Source: Octopus sinensis (lineage: Eukaryota). Taken from it: DNA of 64,000 nt. Under the pieces are notes generated by a model that saw only the letters and a list, made by a program, of their open reading frames with translations, did not search any database and had not been told where the DNA came from. Of the stretch, positions 1-11,248 are shown in pieces. A program made the translations under genes and the position numbers. Numbering within the stretch: position 1 is the stretch's first letter; every line of letters begins with the position of its first letter. Where the stretch lies: NCBI RefSeq assembly GCF_006345805.1, contig NC_043011.1, positions 32,872,464 through 32,936,463 of the forward strand. Reading direction: 5' to 3'.

Positions 1-99
1 TTGAACCCAGAACCTCATACTTGCAACGTTAAGTTCTTAGTCATTCAGCCATGACCGTAATAACACACAATTACACATTCACTTGCATACGTCACATGC

Positions 100-373
100 A
101 TGATGCACACATTCACACATACATACCTCACATACACACACATACACACCTCACATACACACACATACACACCTCACATACACACAAACACCAAATGCAT
201 ACACTTTCTCTCTCTCTCTCTTTCTCTCATGTACACGCATAATATATACACACACTTTCTCCTTCTCTCTCTCTCTCCACAAACACAAACACACAAACCA
301 TACACACACAGTGTCTCTGTCTCACACACACACACACAACAGACATATTTACTCTATCTCTCTCTCTCTCTCA

Positions 374-407
<34 letters not shown>

Positions 408-865
408 GCATGATAGATACACTCACTCTTTCTTTTTCACAAACACACTCACACACACACAGCAGACATACTCTCACACTCTCTCTCACACAAACACACA
501 CACATGGACTCATACACACACACACACAACATACATACACTCTCTCTCTCTCACACCACACACACACACACACAACAGACATACTCTCACTCTCTCTCTC
601 TCACACACACACACAGCATGACATACATACACTCACTCTTTCCCTTTCACACACACACACAACATACATACACTCTCTCTCTCTCTCTCTCTCTCACCAC
701 ACACACACACACACAACATACATACTCTCACACTCTCTATCTCTCTCTCTCTCACACACACACAGCATGACATACATACACTCACTCTTTCTCTTTCACA
801 CACACACAACATACATACACACCCTCTCGCTCTCTCACACGCACACACACTCACACACACACAGT
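100..865. repeat. Compound (CA)n/(CT)n microsatellite field with a higher-order period of about 150 bp
   Basis: Alternating CA and CT runs. Landmarks recur: CAGCATGACATACATACACTCACTCTT at ~614 and ~763, and CATACTCTCAC at ~467, ~580 and ~721. Confidence 0.85.
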
Positions 866-926
866 AATTTTGATATTCATTTGGTTTTAATAATGCCTTT
901 TTCCTCCCTCTGACCTTCAAACCTAG

Positions 927-1284
927 TTTTTCCCAATCTGGTTATGTGAAAGCTCATGAGCGTATCCATACTGGAGAGAAGCCGTTCCATTGCTCTGTAT
1001 GTGGTAAGCAGTTTAGTGATCCCAGCAACTGGAAGAAGCATGAGAGGGTGCATACTCGTCAGATGTCAGAAGCAACTGATGAAAAATCTCATCTGCTCAA
1101 GCAAAGTATCAATAATTTGCCGTCCTTGGTACAGCCACGCCGGATTAAAGCGGAGTCGCCATCAAATACCTGTAAGATTTGTGGCAAGATGTTCTCTAGT
1201 CAAAGCAGTCTAGCCACACATAGACGTATTCATACTGGTGAGAGGCCTTACAAATGTTTGACTTGTGGGAAAGCTTTTACACAG
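927..1284 (+). CDS. Internal coding exon of a C2H2 zinc-finger transcription factor (upstream exons lie outside the window)
   Basis: Acceptor ...ACCTAG at 921-926 after a pyrimidine tract. Reads (phase 2) [42 protein letters not shown]...[38 protein letters not shown]. Donor CAG|GTATCT at 1284/1285. Confidence 0.93.
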
Positions 1285-1396
1285 GTATCTCTCTGTTTTT
1301 CATAACTTTTCTTTCATTTTATAAAAAAAACTTTTTTTATGTGTTTATATAAGACATGGTGTTGTGTTTTCCAAAGGGTAAAAGATGCTGTTGTTA

Positions 1397-1434
<38 letters not shown>

Positions 1435-1738
1435 GTTTATAAGGCAGTAAGTTGGCACAATTGTTAGCATGCCGGGTGAAATGCTTAGCGGTATTTCGTC
1501 TGCCGTTACATTCTGAGTTCAAATTCCGCTGAGGTCGACTTTGCCTTTCATCCTTTCGGGGTCGATAAATTAAGTACCAGTGAAACAACACTGGGGTCGA
1601 TGTAATCAACTAGTCCCCTCCCACAAAAATGTCAGACCTTGTGTCTGTAGTAGAAAAGATTATTATTATTATCATTATTGTTTATAAAGCGGCAAGCTGG
1701 CAGAATCATTGGCACGCCAGGCGAAATGCTTAGTGGCA

Positions 1739-2300
1739 TTGTCCAGAAAGTTCATGCCGATTTTTAAAGGAAGAAAAAGGTCAATAAATACTTGCCATTA
1801 CATTTTTAATCAACCAAATATGAACCAATTTGTTGCACAATGCGTCTCCATCTTGCCTTTAACTTGAAAATACCCCATTCCCAGAAGTGAGGTGGTTTCA
1901 TGGCAAAAAATTCATCAAGTTATCTTTTTATGTCATCCAAGGAATTGAAATATTTACCATTAAGACTATTCTGCAGAGACCTGAATAAGTGGAAATCCGA
2001 AGGAGCAATATCTGGTGAATATGGAGGGTGGGGTAACACATCCCAGCCGAGCTGCAGCAATTTTTGTCTGGTTCCCAAAGCATCAAGTGCCGAAAATGAA
2101 CTTTCTTATCTTCCATTTTAAAGGGTTACAGAATTAACATAGGTTATAGGAACATAAACTTTCTTCCGCGAAAAGATAGCTTAAACTATTCTCTAAATTG
2201 AGGTGTAGTCAAATCCTATTTCATGGACTCAACCATGTTCTATAATAAGTCGAAAGGTAAGCTACTATAAATCGGCAAGAACTTTCCAGACAACCCAATA
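1739..2300 (-). mobile_element. Internally deleted mariner (mellifera-like) non-autonomous element
   Basis: TIRs TTGTCCAGAAAGTTCATGCCGATTT / AAATCGGCAAGAACTTTCCAGACAA. The minus strand gives N-terminal MEDKKVHFRHLML fused to C-terminal KLLQLGWDVLPHPPYSPDIAPSDFHLFRSLQNSLNGK (the mariner YSPDLAPSD motif). Confidence 0.92.
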
Positions 2301-2554
2301 TTTATTCCTCCCTGCATTGGATGCCAGTCCATCACAGGATTACTCCTTTGTACCAGCTGAATGGACTTAGACAATATGGAACAAAGTGTTTTGCTCAAGA
2401 ATACAATGCATTGCCCAGTCCAGGAATTGAAATCACAGTCTTACAGTCATGAGTCCATGGGTCAAATAATGAGGGTATTTTAATCAACTAACCCTTCCCT
2501 TCAAAGTTGCAGGCCTGGTTCCTTAACTAGATAACAGTGTCACGCAAATGTCAC

Positions 2555-2750
2555 CCGTGCCAGTGGGACATAAAAAGCACCTATTGTACTCTCAGAGTGG
2601 TTGGCATTAGGAAGGGCATCCAGCCGTAGAAAACTATGCCAAATCAGATTGGAGTCTGGTGCAGCCTTCCAGCTTACCAGCTCTGGTCAAACCATCCAAC
2701 CCATACCAGCATGGACAACAGACGTTAAATGATGATCATGATGATCATGA
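2555..2750 (+). mobile_element. SINE family C 3' part with (GAT)n tail (duplicate at ~5146-5342)
   Basis: AAAAAGCACC...GAGTGGTTGGCATTAGGAAGGGCATCCAGC...CCAACCCATACCAGCATGG...GATGAT, shared with 8826-9093. Confidence 0.8.
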
Positions 2751-3021
2751 TAAATGTAATGAATGAGCCACTAAGCAATGCACCTCCACTATTATAGATG
2801 GTGAACTGGTAAAATCATTGGAATGTTGTACAAAAGTTCTTTTTGCAGTTGTTCCAGCCCTTTACATCCTAAGTTCAAATTATACTGAGGTCTTTACCCT
2901 TTTATCCTTGTAGGTTAGTGAAATAAAGTACCAGTGAAATACTAGGGTCAATATAATTAACTTTCGCTTCCCCCAAAATTCTTGTTTGTGCCTTTGTTAG
3001 AAACCGTTATTATTATTGTTG

Positions 3022-3052
<31 letters not shown>

Positions 3053-3064
3053 ATTATTATTATT

Positions 3065-4265
3065 GTTTATAAGGCAGTAAGTTGGCACAATTGTTAGCAT
3101 GCCGGGTGAAATGCTTAGCGGTATTTCGTCTGCCGTTACATTCTGAGTTCAAATTCCGCTGAGGTCGACTTTGCCTTTCATCCTTTCGGGGTCGATAAAT
3201 TAAGTACCAGTGAAACAACACTGGGGTCGATGTAATCAACTAGTCCCCTCCCACAAAAATGTCAGACCTTGTGTCTGTAGTAGAAAAGATTATTATTATT
3301 ATTATTGTTTATAAGGCAGTAAGTTGGCACAATTGTTAGCATGCCGGGTGAAATGCTTAGCGGTATTTCGTCTGCCGTTACATTCTGAGTTCAAATTCCG
3401 CTGAGGTCGACTTTGCCTTTCATCCTTTCGGGGTCGATAAATTAAGTACCAGTGAAATACTAGGGTCAATATAATTAACTTTCGCTTCCCCCAAAATTCT
3501 TGTTTGTGCCTTTGTTAGAAACCGTTATTATTATTATTATTGTTTATAAGGCAGTAAGTTGGCACAATTGTTAGCATGCCGGGTGAAATGCTTAGCGGTA
3601 TTTCGTCTGCCGTTACATTCTGAGTTCAAATTCCGCTGAGGTCGACTTTGCCTTTCATCCTTTCGGGGTCGATAAATTAAGTACCAGTGAAATACTAGGG
3701 TCAATATAATTAACTTTCGCTTCCCCCAAAATTCTTGTTTGTGCCTTTGTTAGAAACCGTTATTATTATTATTACTATTATTATTATTATTGTTTATAAG
3801 GCAGTAAGTTGGCACAATTGTTAGCATGCCGGGTGAAATGCTTAGCGGTATTTCGTCTGCCGTTACATTCTGAGTTCAAATTCCGCTGAGGTCGACTTTG
3901 CCTTTCATCCTTTCGGGGTCGATAAATTAAGTACCAGTGAAATACTAGGGTCAATATAATTAACTTTCGCTTCCCCCAAAATTCTTGTTTGTGCCTTTGT
4001 TAGAAACCGTTATTATTATTATTATTGTTTATAAGGCAGTAAGTTGGCACAATTGTTAGCATGCCGGGTGAAATGCTTAGCGGTATTTCGTCTGCCGTTA
4101 CATTCTGAGTTCAAATTCCGCTGAGGTCGACTTTGCCTTTCATCCTTTCGGGGTCGATAAATTAAGTACCAGTGAAACAACACTGGGGTCGATGTAATCA
4201 ACTAGTCCCCTCCCACAAAAATGTCAGACCTTGTGTCTGTAGTAGAAAAGATTATTATTATTATC
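3065..4265 (+). mobile_element. Five tandem ~240-bp tRNA-derived SINE units (family A), three of them chimeric
   Basis: Units start with GTTTATAAGGCAGTAAGTTGGCAC at 3065, 3307, 3542, 3792 and 4027 (also 1435). B-box-like GAGTTCAAATTCC, core GACTTTGCCTTTCATCCTTTCGGGGTCGATAAA, (ATT)n tails. Confidence 0.9.
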
Positions 4266-4330
4266 ATTATTGTTTATAAAGCGGCAAGCTGGCAGAATCA
4301 TTGGCACGCCAGGCGAAATGCTTAGTGGCA

Positions 4331-4892
4331 TTGTCCAGAAAGTTCATGCCGATTTTTAAAGGAAGAAAAAGGTCAATAAATACTTGCCATTACATTTTTA
4401 ATCAACCAAATATGAACCAATTTGTTGCACAATGCGTCTCCATCTTGCCTTTAACTTGAAAATACCCCATTCCCAGAAGTGAGGTGGTTTCATGGCAAAA
4501 AATTCATCAAGTTATCTTTTTATGTCATCCAAGGAATTGAAATATTTACCATTAAGACTATTCTGCAGAGACCTGAATAAGTGGAAATCCGAAGGAGCAA
4601 TATCTGGTGAATATGGAGGGTGGGGTAACACATCCCAGCCGAGCTGCAGCAATTTTTGTCTGGTTCCCAAAGCATCAAGTGCCGAAAATGAACTTTCTTA
4701 TCTTCCATTTTAAAGGGTTACAGAATTAACATAGGTTATAGGAACATAAACTTTCTTCCGCGAAAAGATAGCTTAAACTATTCTCTAAATTGAGGTGTAG
4801 TCAAATCCTATTTCATGGACTCAACCATGTTCTATAATAAGTCGAAAGGTAAGCTACTATAAATCGGCAAGAACTTTCCAGACAACCCAATA
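4331..4892 (-). mobile_element. Duplicate copy of the deleted mariner element
   Basis: Matches 1739-2300 by eye, inside the duplicated block. Confidence 0.92.
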
Positions 4893-5612
4893 TTTATTCC
4901 TCCTGCATTGGATGCCAGTCCATCACAGGATTACTCCTTTGTACCAGCTGAATGGACTTAGACAATATGGAACAAAGTGTTTTGCTCAAGAATACAATGC
5001 ATTGCCCAGTCCAGGAATTGAAATCACAGTCTTACAGTCATGAGTCCATGGGTCAAATAATGAGGGTATTTTAATCAACTAACCCTTCCCTTCAAAGTTG
5101 CAGGCCTGGTTCCTTAACTAGATAACAGTGTCACGCAAATGTCACCCGTGCCAGTGGGACATAAAAAGCACCTATTGTACTCTCAGAGTGGTTGGCATTA
5201 GGAAGGGCATCCAGCCGTAGAAAACTATGCCAAATCAGATTGGAGTCTGGTGCAGCCTTCCAGCTTACCAGCTCTGGTCAAACCATCCAACCCATACCAG
5301 CATGGACAACAGACGTTAAATGATGATCATGATGATCATGATAAATGTAATGAATGAGCCACTAAGCAATGCACCTCCACTATTATAGATGGTGAACTGG
5401 TAAAATCATTGGAATGTTGTACAAAAGTTCTTTTTGCAGTTGTTCCAGCCCTTTACATCCTAAGTTCAAATTATACTGAGGTCTTTACCCTTTTATCCTT
5501 GTAGGTTAGTGAAATAAAGTACCAGTGAAATACTAGGGTCAATATAATTAACTTTCGCTTCCCCCAAAATTCTTGTTTGTGCCTTTGTTAGAAACCGTTA
5601 TTATTATTGTTG

Positions 5613-5661
<49 letters not shown>

Positions 5662-5763
5662 TATTATTATTATTATTGTTGTTGTTGTTGTTATTATTAT
5701 TATCTAGAAGGCTCATTTGCATGTCAGACAAAATGCTAACTATATTTCTTTTGGGTCGTTCAT

Positions 5764-5970
5764 TACATTCATCATCATCATCATCATCATCATCATTTAA
5801 CATCTGTTGTCCATGCTGGCATGGGTTGGACGGTTTGACCAGGGCTGGTAAGCTGTAAGGTTGCACCAGACTCATGTCTGATCTGGCATGCTTTTCTATG
5901 GCTGGATGTCCTTCCTAACGCCAACCACTCCGAGAGTATAATAGGGTCTTTTTACATGCCATTTGCATAA
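5764..5970 (-). mobile_element. SINE family C 3' part, reverse orientation
   Basis: (TCA)n then CCATGCTGGCATGGGTTGG...GGATGTCCTTCCTAACGCCAACCACTC, the reverse complement of family C. Confidence 0.8.
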
Positions 5971-6079
5971 CACTGGTATCTACAATGACCATGCATTTAC
6001 TCGGCTTGATGGGTCTTATTCTCAAGCATGACATAATGTCAAAGGTCTTAGTCACTGCTTCCATAAGGCCCAACACTCA

Positions 6080-6450
6080 TTCTGAATTAAAATTCCACAG
6101 GTGACTTTGCCGTTCATCCTTTCAGGGTCAATAAAATATGTACCAGTTGTATACTGGGGTTGGTGTAATCATCCATCCCCTTCCTCTAAATTTCAAGACT
6201 TACAGTAGAAAGAATTATCATTATTATTAAGATGATGAGCTGGCAGAATTGTCAGCACGTTGAAGAAAATGCTTAGCAATATTCCTGCCAACTCTTTAAC
6301 ATTATGAGTTCAAATTCTACTAAGGTCAAATTTGATTTTCATCCTTTCAGGGACTAATAAAACATGTACATGTTGAGCACTGAGTACAATGTAATCAACT
6401 TAGCTATTCCTCTAAAATTCCAGGCCTTGAGCCAAAATTTAAGACCATTA
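6080..6450 (+). mobile_element. Two diverged family A SINE copies
   Basis: Core GACTTTGCCGTTCATCCTTTCAGGGTCAATAAA and head GAGCTGGCAGAAT. Confidence 0.7.
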
Positions 6451-6728
6451 TTATTGTTGACATTCATAAATTTGCATAAATTTCTATGTCTTGAAGAAAA
6501 GTGAGTATTGAAGTTTGAAGCGTATAATTTTATGCAAATGTACAAGAATGTGGTGATATTATATTTTGCTGATGAAGAGGCTTCTAGAACTTTCTTCACA
6601 TTTTGGCTTTTTATTTTATTTATTAATTTTCTTTTTCTTTTGTTAGTTTCTTACTCAGATCTAATAAATTTCAAAAGCAAAAAACTCAAATTATTTTCAA
6701 TAAAAGTGATTATGATAACCATTTCATG

Positions 6729-6761
<33 letters not shown>

Positions 6762-7366
6762 CCACCACCACCACCACCAATACCAACATTATGACCATCA
6801 CGATAACTACATGTACCGTTTTTTATTATTATCATCGTTAATATGCATTAAAACAACCATCATTATTGTTGATATCATAAGAATTTATAATCTTCCTAGA
6901 GGATGTGAAATAATTCGTTTTTTGGAACAGTGGATCTCGAAGCATATAAAGCTATATATAATTGCATGTAACATCAACTAGGTCGATGGAAACTGTGTGA
7001 AAACCCATCGAATAGATGGGCTTTCACACAGTTTAATTCAAAGGGCCACTCTTGTTGCATATTCTTTCATGGCAATCTGGCCAAGTTAATGGTCAACCTG
7101 AGGCTATAGAACAAGCACGGGTAACTTTTTCTTTGGGAAGCAGGCCAATTGAAACATGGCTCATCACCAGGTGGGCCACACTGTTAAAAAAGCATTCAAG
7201 GTAATTTATTGTTAGGTGTACCATTCAGAAAGTCCCACTGGTCACAGATTACCCATGATTACCCATCTCCTGCAAAGAACTTTGCAGTGGGATTGAAACC
7301 AGAACCACATGGTTCTGAAGCAAACTTAACTCCACAGCCATGTTTGCAATTTTATATATATATATA

Positions 7367-7562
7367 AAGGGAAAGTTTACGAAAATAAACAAAAGATGAA
7401 AAGATGAAGGCAGGTGGTGTACAAACAAACAAGTGTATTAGTATAGGGCTCAGGAACAGAAAAAATCTTTTACGTTTCGAGCCTACGCTCTTCTACAGAA
7501 AGATACACAGAAAAAAACAAGGCGAGAAAAAAAATGTGTGTAGTAGCTAACGATCTATCATG
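7367..7562 (-). mobile_element. Solo Penelope-pLTR-like repeat inserted in (TA)n, carrying a minimal hammerhead motif
   Basis: About 195 bp of unique sequence with TA repeats on both sides; contains the hammerhead at 7466-7503. Confidence 0.6.
7466..7503 (-). ncRNA. Minimal type I hammerhead ribozyme motif (core variant CUGUAGA)
   Basis: Minus strand TCTTT-CTGTAGA-A-GAGC-GTAG-GCTC-GAAA-CG-TA-AAAGA: 5-bp stem I, 4-bp stem II, loopless palindromic stem III, GUA cleavage triplet. One core mismatch (A6>U). Confidence 0.7.
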
Positions 7563-8514
7563 TATATATATATATAAAATATGAATTAGAGATAAAACCA
7601 CTATTAGGCAATGTCAAACGATGAAAATGAGTGCTCAACCCAACATTGGTGGATAGAGTGTCTTTATTTGTTTATGCAAAATGGAGATGAGCACCATTCT
7701 TCCATGTGATCAACATGAAAAATTGTTAAGATTTTAACATGTTTTCCAATTTTTCTTAACATGAAACCAATGATAGCCTTAATGTATGTATGTATGCATG
7801 TGTATATGTATGCATGTATATTATTCGATTGTCAATAATTCTATGGCAACAGCCAAATATTAATGGCGTGTAATAATGTTATTCAAACAACAAATTCTCA
7901 GAGCTTGTCTCTGTCCAAGCTCTCAATGTTATCAGTTCCTTCCCTGTAAGGACATAGTTTGTGAAATGGTAAGAATTATTAACAATAGGTATTGTAGACA
8001 TTATGTAGATGATGTAATCATTTAAGGAGCGATAAATAAAATTCGATGTAGTTTCTTTCTCTGTAGAGATTCTTAAGACTAGTTTAAATTGGGAATGTAT
8101 TTTAACTGAAAGAGTGGGTCTAATGATAGTCTCATATGGTTCCATGTGAGTGATGAATAAGAATGAACAGGAGAGAGGGAGAGGGTGGGGAGAGAAAGGT
8201 TTGTGTTAAATGAGGTTGAAATTATATTTTGATTTAAAGAATTGAGGTTTGAAATATTACAATCTCCTGAAAGAGGACCCTGAGTTAATGAGCTATGGTC
8301 AGCACACATTCTCCATTAACCCTTTTGATACCAACCTCCATAGAACTGCCTCTTGTTCCTCTGGTTCTATTATACAAATTGCCTGTTTAATAATTTTCTA
8401 AATCAAAAATTTCCATCAAAATTCCATTGTAATTTATGCTTCAGATACTAGATTAATAATCCTTTATACTGGAGGTACAAGGTCTCAGACACTAGATTAA
8501 TAATAATGAAAGTT

Positions 8515-8722
8515 CAGGCAGCAAGCTAACAGAACCATTAGCACATCAGAAAAAATGCTTAATGGTATTTCATGTCTTTATGTTCTGTGTTCGAATTCCA
8601 CCAAGGTCGACTTTGCCATTCATCCTTCCTGAGTCAATAAAATAAGTACCAATTGAGCACTGGGGTCGATGTAACTGACGTTTTTCTCCTGAAATTGCTG
8701 GCCTTGTGCTAAAATTTCAAGC
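8515..8722 (+). mobile_element. Family A SINE
   Basis: GGCAGCAAGCT...GTTCGAATTCC...GTCGACTTTGCCATTCATCC...AAGTACC. Confidence 0.8.
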
Positions 8723-8729
8723 CTATCAT

Positions 8730-9211
8730 GATTTCAAATTTTTTCCACAAGGGCAGCCTGGGGGAGGGGATTAAGTCGATTACATCTACCACAGTGAATT
8801 AAACTGGTGCTTTATTTATCAACCCAGCCTCGTCTGGCCCCCGTGCCGGTGGCACGTAAAAAGCACCATCCGATCGTGGCCGTTTGCCAGCCTCGTCTGG
8901 CACCTGTGCAGGTGGCGCATAAAAAGCACCCACTACACTCACGGAGTGGTTGGCGTTAGGAAGGGTATCTAGCTGTAGAAACACTGCCAGATCAGACTGG
9001 GCCTGGCGCAGCCTTCTGGTTTCCCAGACTCCAGTTGAACTGTCCAACCCATGCTAGCATGGAAAACGGACGTTGAACGATGATGATGATGATGAAAGGA
9101 TGAAAAGTAAAGTCAACCTTGGTTGGAATTTGAACTCAGAACGCAGTGACGGGTGAAAAACTGCTAAGCATTCTGTCCAGCACGTTAACAATTCTGCCAG
9201 CTTGCTGCCTT
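8730..9211 (-). mobile_element. Family A SINE (minus) interrupted by a nested family C SINE (8826-9093, plus)
   Basis: The halves ...TTTATCAACCC | ...AAAGGATGAAAAGTAAAGTCAACC...GAATTTGAACTCAGAA flank a family C copy that ends in (GAT)n. Confidence 0.8.
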
Positions 9212-9459
9212 AATTTCAAACCAATAATAATAACAGCTACTGTTCTTAAATTCATATTTTGCTTTTTCTTAACTAAATTAATTGAAATAAAGGCACTGCA
9301 TTTCAACATTAATATGGTTGGAAATGGGGTTAACGATGTATTTACTGTCAATCAAATATTTCCTTCAGCTACCCTAAAGTAAAAAAATTACTGATTGAAA
9401 ACTAACTCTTTATTTCAATTTTCATAATCTCATCACTATTCTTTTTTTTTCTTTTGTAG

Positions 9460-10752
9460 GTTGGTACATTACGTACCCACGAGAGAGTACACACTGGTGA
9501 AAAGCCTTATCAGTGTAAAATTTGTGGCCGCACTTTTGCCCAATGTGGAAGCTACAAAATGCATGAACGCCGACACATGAGCATGACATATCGACGGTGC
9601 CGACTTTGTCAAATGACATTTGGATCTTGGCCTGAACTACAGGACCACGTAGCCACCCACCATGCCAATCAGTATAATCCAGCCTTGATATATTCTCTTT
9701 CTGATGGGCAAGGTACTGACATAGGAATGCCCAATGGGGATTATGATCACACAGGGGCAAGCACTCCACCAGGATCCTTAATCATTGACCCTGATGAAGG
9801 TAAACCTGATTACTCTAGTCATATACCATTAGCTTATAACAGTCCAGATGTGAGTAAATCTTTAGCTAAAGTCTCTCTCTCCCCAATGTCCAATGCTCCA
9901 TCTCTTAATGCATTTGTTCCACAGTCCATTAACTCCATTGCCCAGTCAATTAACTCTAAATCATTCACTCCCTCAATGGACCATCCAGAAGATCTCTCCA
10001 CTCATTCATTACATTCAGAAAATATTAAAAAATCAGAGATCTCGGAAGGACAAGAAAACATCCCTCCCAACCAAGAACCAGTGGACATGATTACAACAGT
10101 AAACCGTCATCGTCGTTTCAGTTCAGAATCTATAATTAGTAGTAGTAATCGTGAAACCAACAGTAATCAAATCTTTCGATATGAAACTTCACATTATGAT
10201 AATTTGGTAGATGCTGACATAACAGCTACTAATCTCCCTCACCAATCTCCAGAAAATTCCAGTATATGTAGTTCCAAATCTCCTGATGGTGCTCTTCTTC
10301 CAGATAACATTGCACCCCATGAAGATGGAGGACAGCAATTGCCATCTGCCATAACTCGTCTCAATCTCAACTCTCGAATGATGCCCTCATCCTCTTCGAC
10401 CTCATCATCGACCAATACTCGCAAACAGAAACATCCAATGCGCCGATGTAGTAGCACTAACGGCAGTGACTATGACAATGCTCCACAATCTTCAAGTCCC
10501 TCCCCTGGATTAGTTGTAATGAGCCAGAAAGACAGAGATGCTGATGATCAATCAATGCTGACTTATCTCATCTTGAAGGGCAAGGTTTTCAAATGTGTTC
10601 ACTGCCACATTGTTTTTGATGACTGTTCCACCTATGTCCTACACAACGGCTTTCATTCACACAATGGAGAGCCTTTCCGTTGTGGCATTTGTCACATTAT
10701 TTGCAAAGACCGCATTGACTTCAACTGTCATCTAACAAGCCATATCAAATAA
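9460..10752 (+). CDS. Terminal coding exon of the C2H2 zinc-finger TF, with a C-terminal Ikaros/Hunchback-type dimerization zinc-finger pair
   Basis: In frame with ORF 9559..10752. Fingers CKICGRTFAQCGSYKMHERRH and CRLCQMTFGSWPELQDHVATHH, then a Ser/Pro-rich linker, then FKCVHCHIVFDDCSTYVLHNGFH..EPFRCGICHIICKDRIDFNCHLTSH. This matches the Ikaros/Hunchback C-terminal pattern (F.D...Y..H.G.H....PF.C..C....DR..F..H). TAA stop. Confidence 0.93.
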   Translation, partial: VGTLRTHERVHTGEKPYQCKICGRTFAQCGSYKMHERRHMSMTYRRCRLCQMTFGSWPELQDHVATHHANQYNPALIYSLSDGQGTDIGMPNGDYDHTGASTPPGSLIIDPDEGKPDYSSHIPLAYNSPDVSKSLAKVSLSPMSNAPSLNAFVPQSINSIAQSINSKSFTPSMDHPEDLSTHSLHSENIKKSEISEGQENIPPNQEPVDMITTVNRHRRFSSESIISSSNRETNSNQIFRYETSHYDNLVDADITATNLPHQSPENSSICSSKSPDGALLPDNIAPHEDGGQQLPSAITRLNLNSRMMPSSSSTSSSTNTRKQKHPMRRCSSTNGSDYDNAPQSSSPSPGLVVMSQKDRDADDQSMLTYLILKGKVFKCVHCHIVFDDCSTYVLHNGFHSHNGEPFRCGICHIICKDRIDFNCHLTSHIK

Positions 10753-11205
10753 TTTTACAGAAAGAAAACATTAAAAAAAAAAGGCAAAAGTCATTTTATT
10801 TAGTCTCACCTACCACAAAAATCAACTTGTCTTTCTTTAATGTTGGTGCTACATCTTTATTTTGTTGTGAAGTCCACTCTCTTAGAATTGCATCCAATAA
10901 ATAGTGGTTCAGATAGAAGCATGTATCATATAGGACCTACGGATTATGATTTCCTGCTTTTAATAACTTGTAGAAATGAGAGGGATGTGGTAAGATGCTT
11001 TTATTTTATCACCCTCTATTGAAAGTGTAGATCTCGCAGTTTTACTTGGCCTCAAATTGGTTGTAAAAGAAAATATATTTAAGGTTAGAGTGGGATGGGA
11101 AGTGTTGTTGAATGGGAGATATATATACATACATACATATATATATATATATGTATATATATATATTTATATATATATATATATATATATATGCATACAC
11201 ACACT

Positions 11206-11248
<43 letters not shown>

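Larger units (their letters stand above)
1435..5650 (+). repeat. Near-identical direct duplication (1435-~3050 = 4027-~5650, offset 2592) enclosing a tandem SINE array
   Basis: By eye the copies differ only by a 1-nt homopolymer indel (~2310 vs ~4901) and in ATT-run lengths. Confidence 0.92.
1285..9459 (+). other. Phase-0 GT-AG intron (~8.2 kb) that splits one zinc finger
   Basis: Joining 1284 to 9460 rebuilds an intact finger, [10 protein letters not shown]|VGTLRTHERVH-TGEKPY. Strong acceptor TTTTTTTTTCTTTTGTAG ends at 9459. Confidence 0.88.

Noticed and set aside
1900-2121. Duplicated 73-aa + strand ORF (also 4492-4713)
   Set aside because: It is the antisense frame of the mariner transposase remnant.
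927-10752. Naming the gene hunchback or Ikaros
   Set aside because: Only the C-terminal finger pair is family-like. The DNA-binding fingers do not match either well enough to assign a symbol without a phylogeny.
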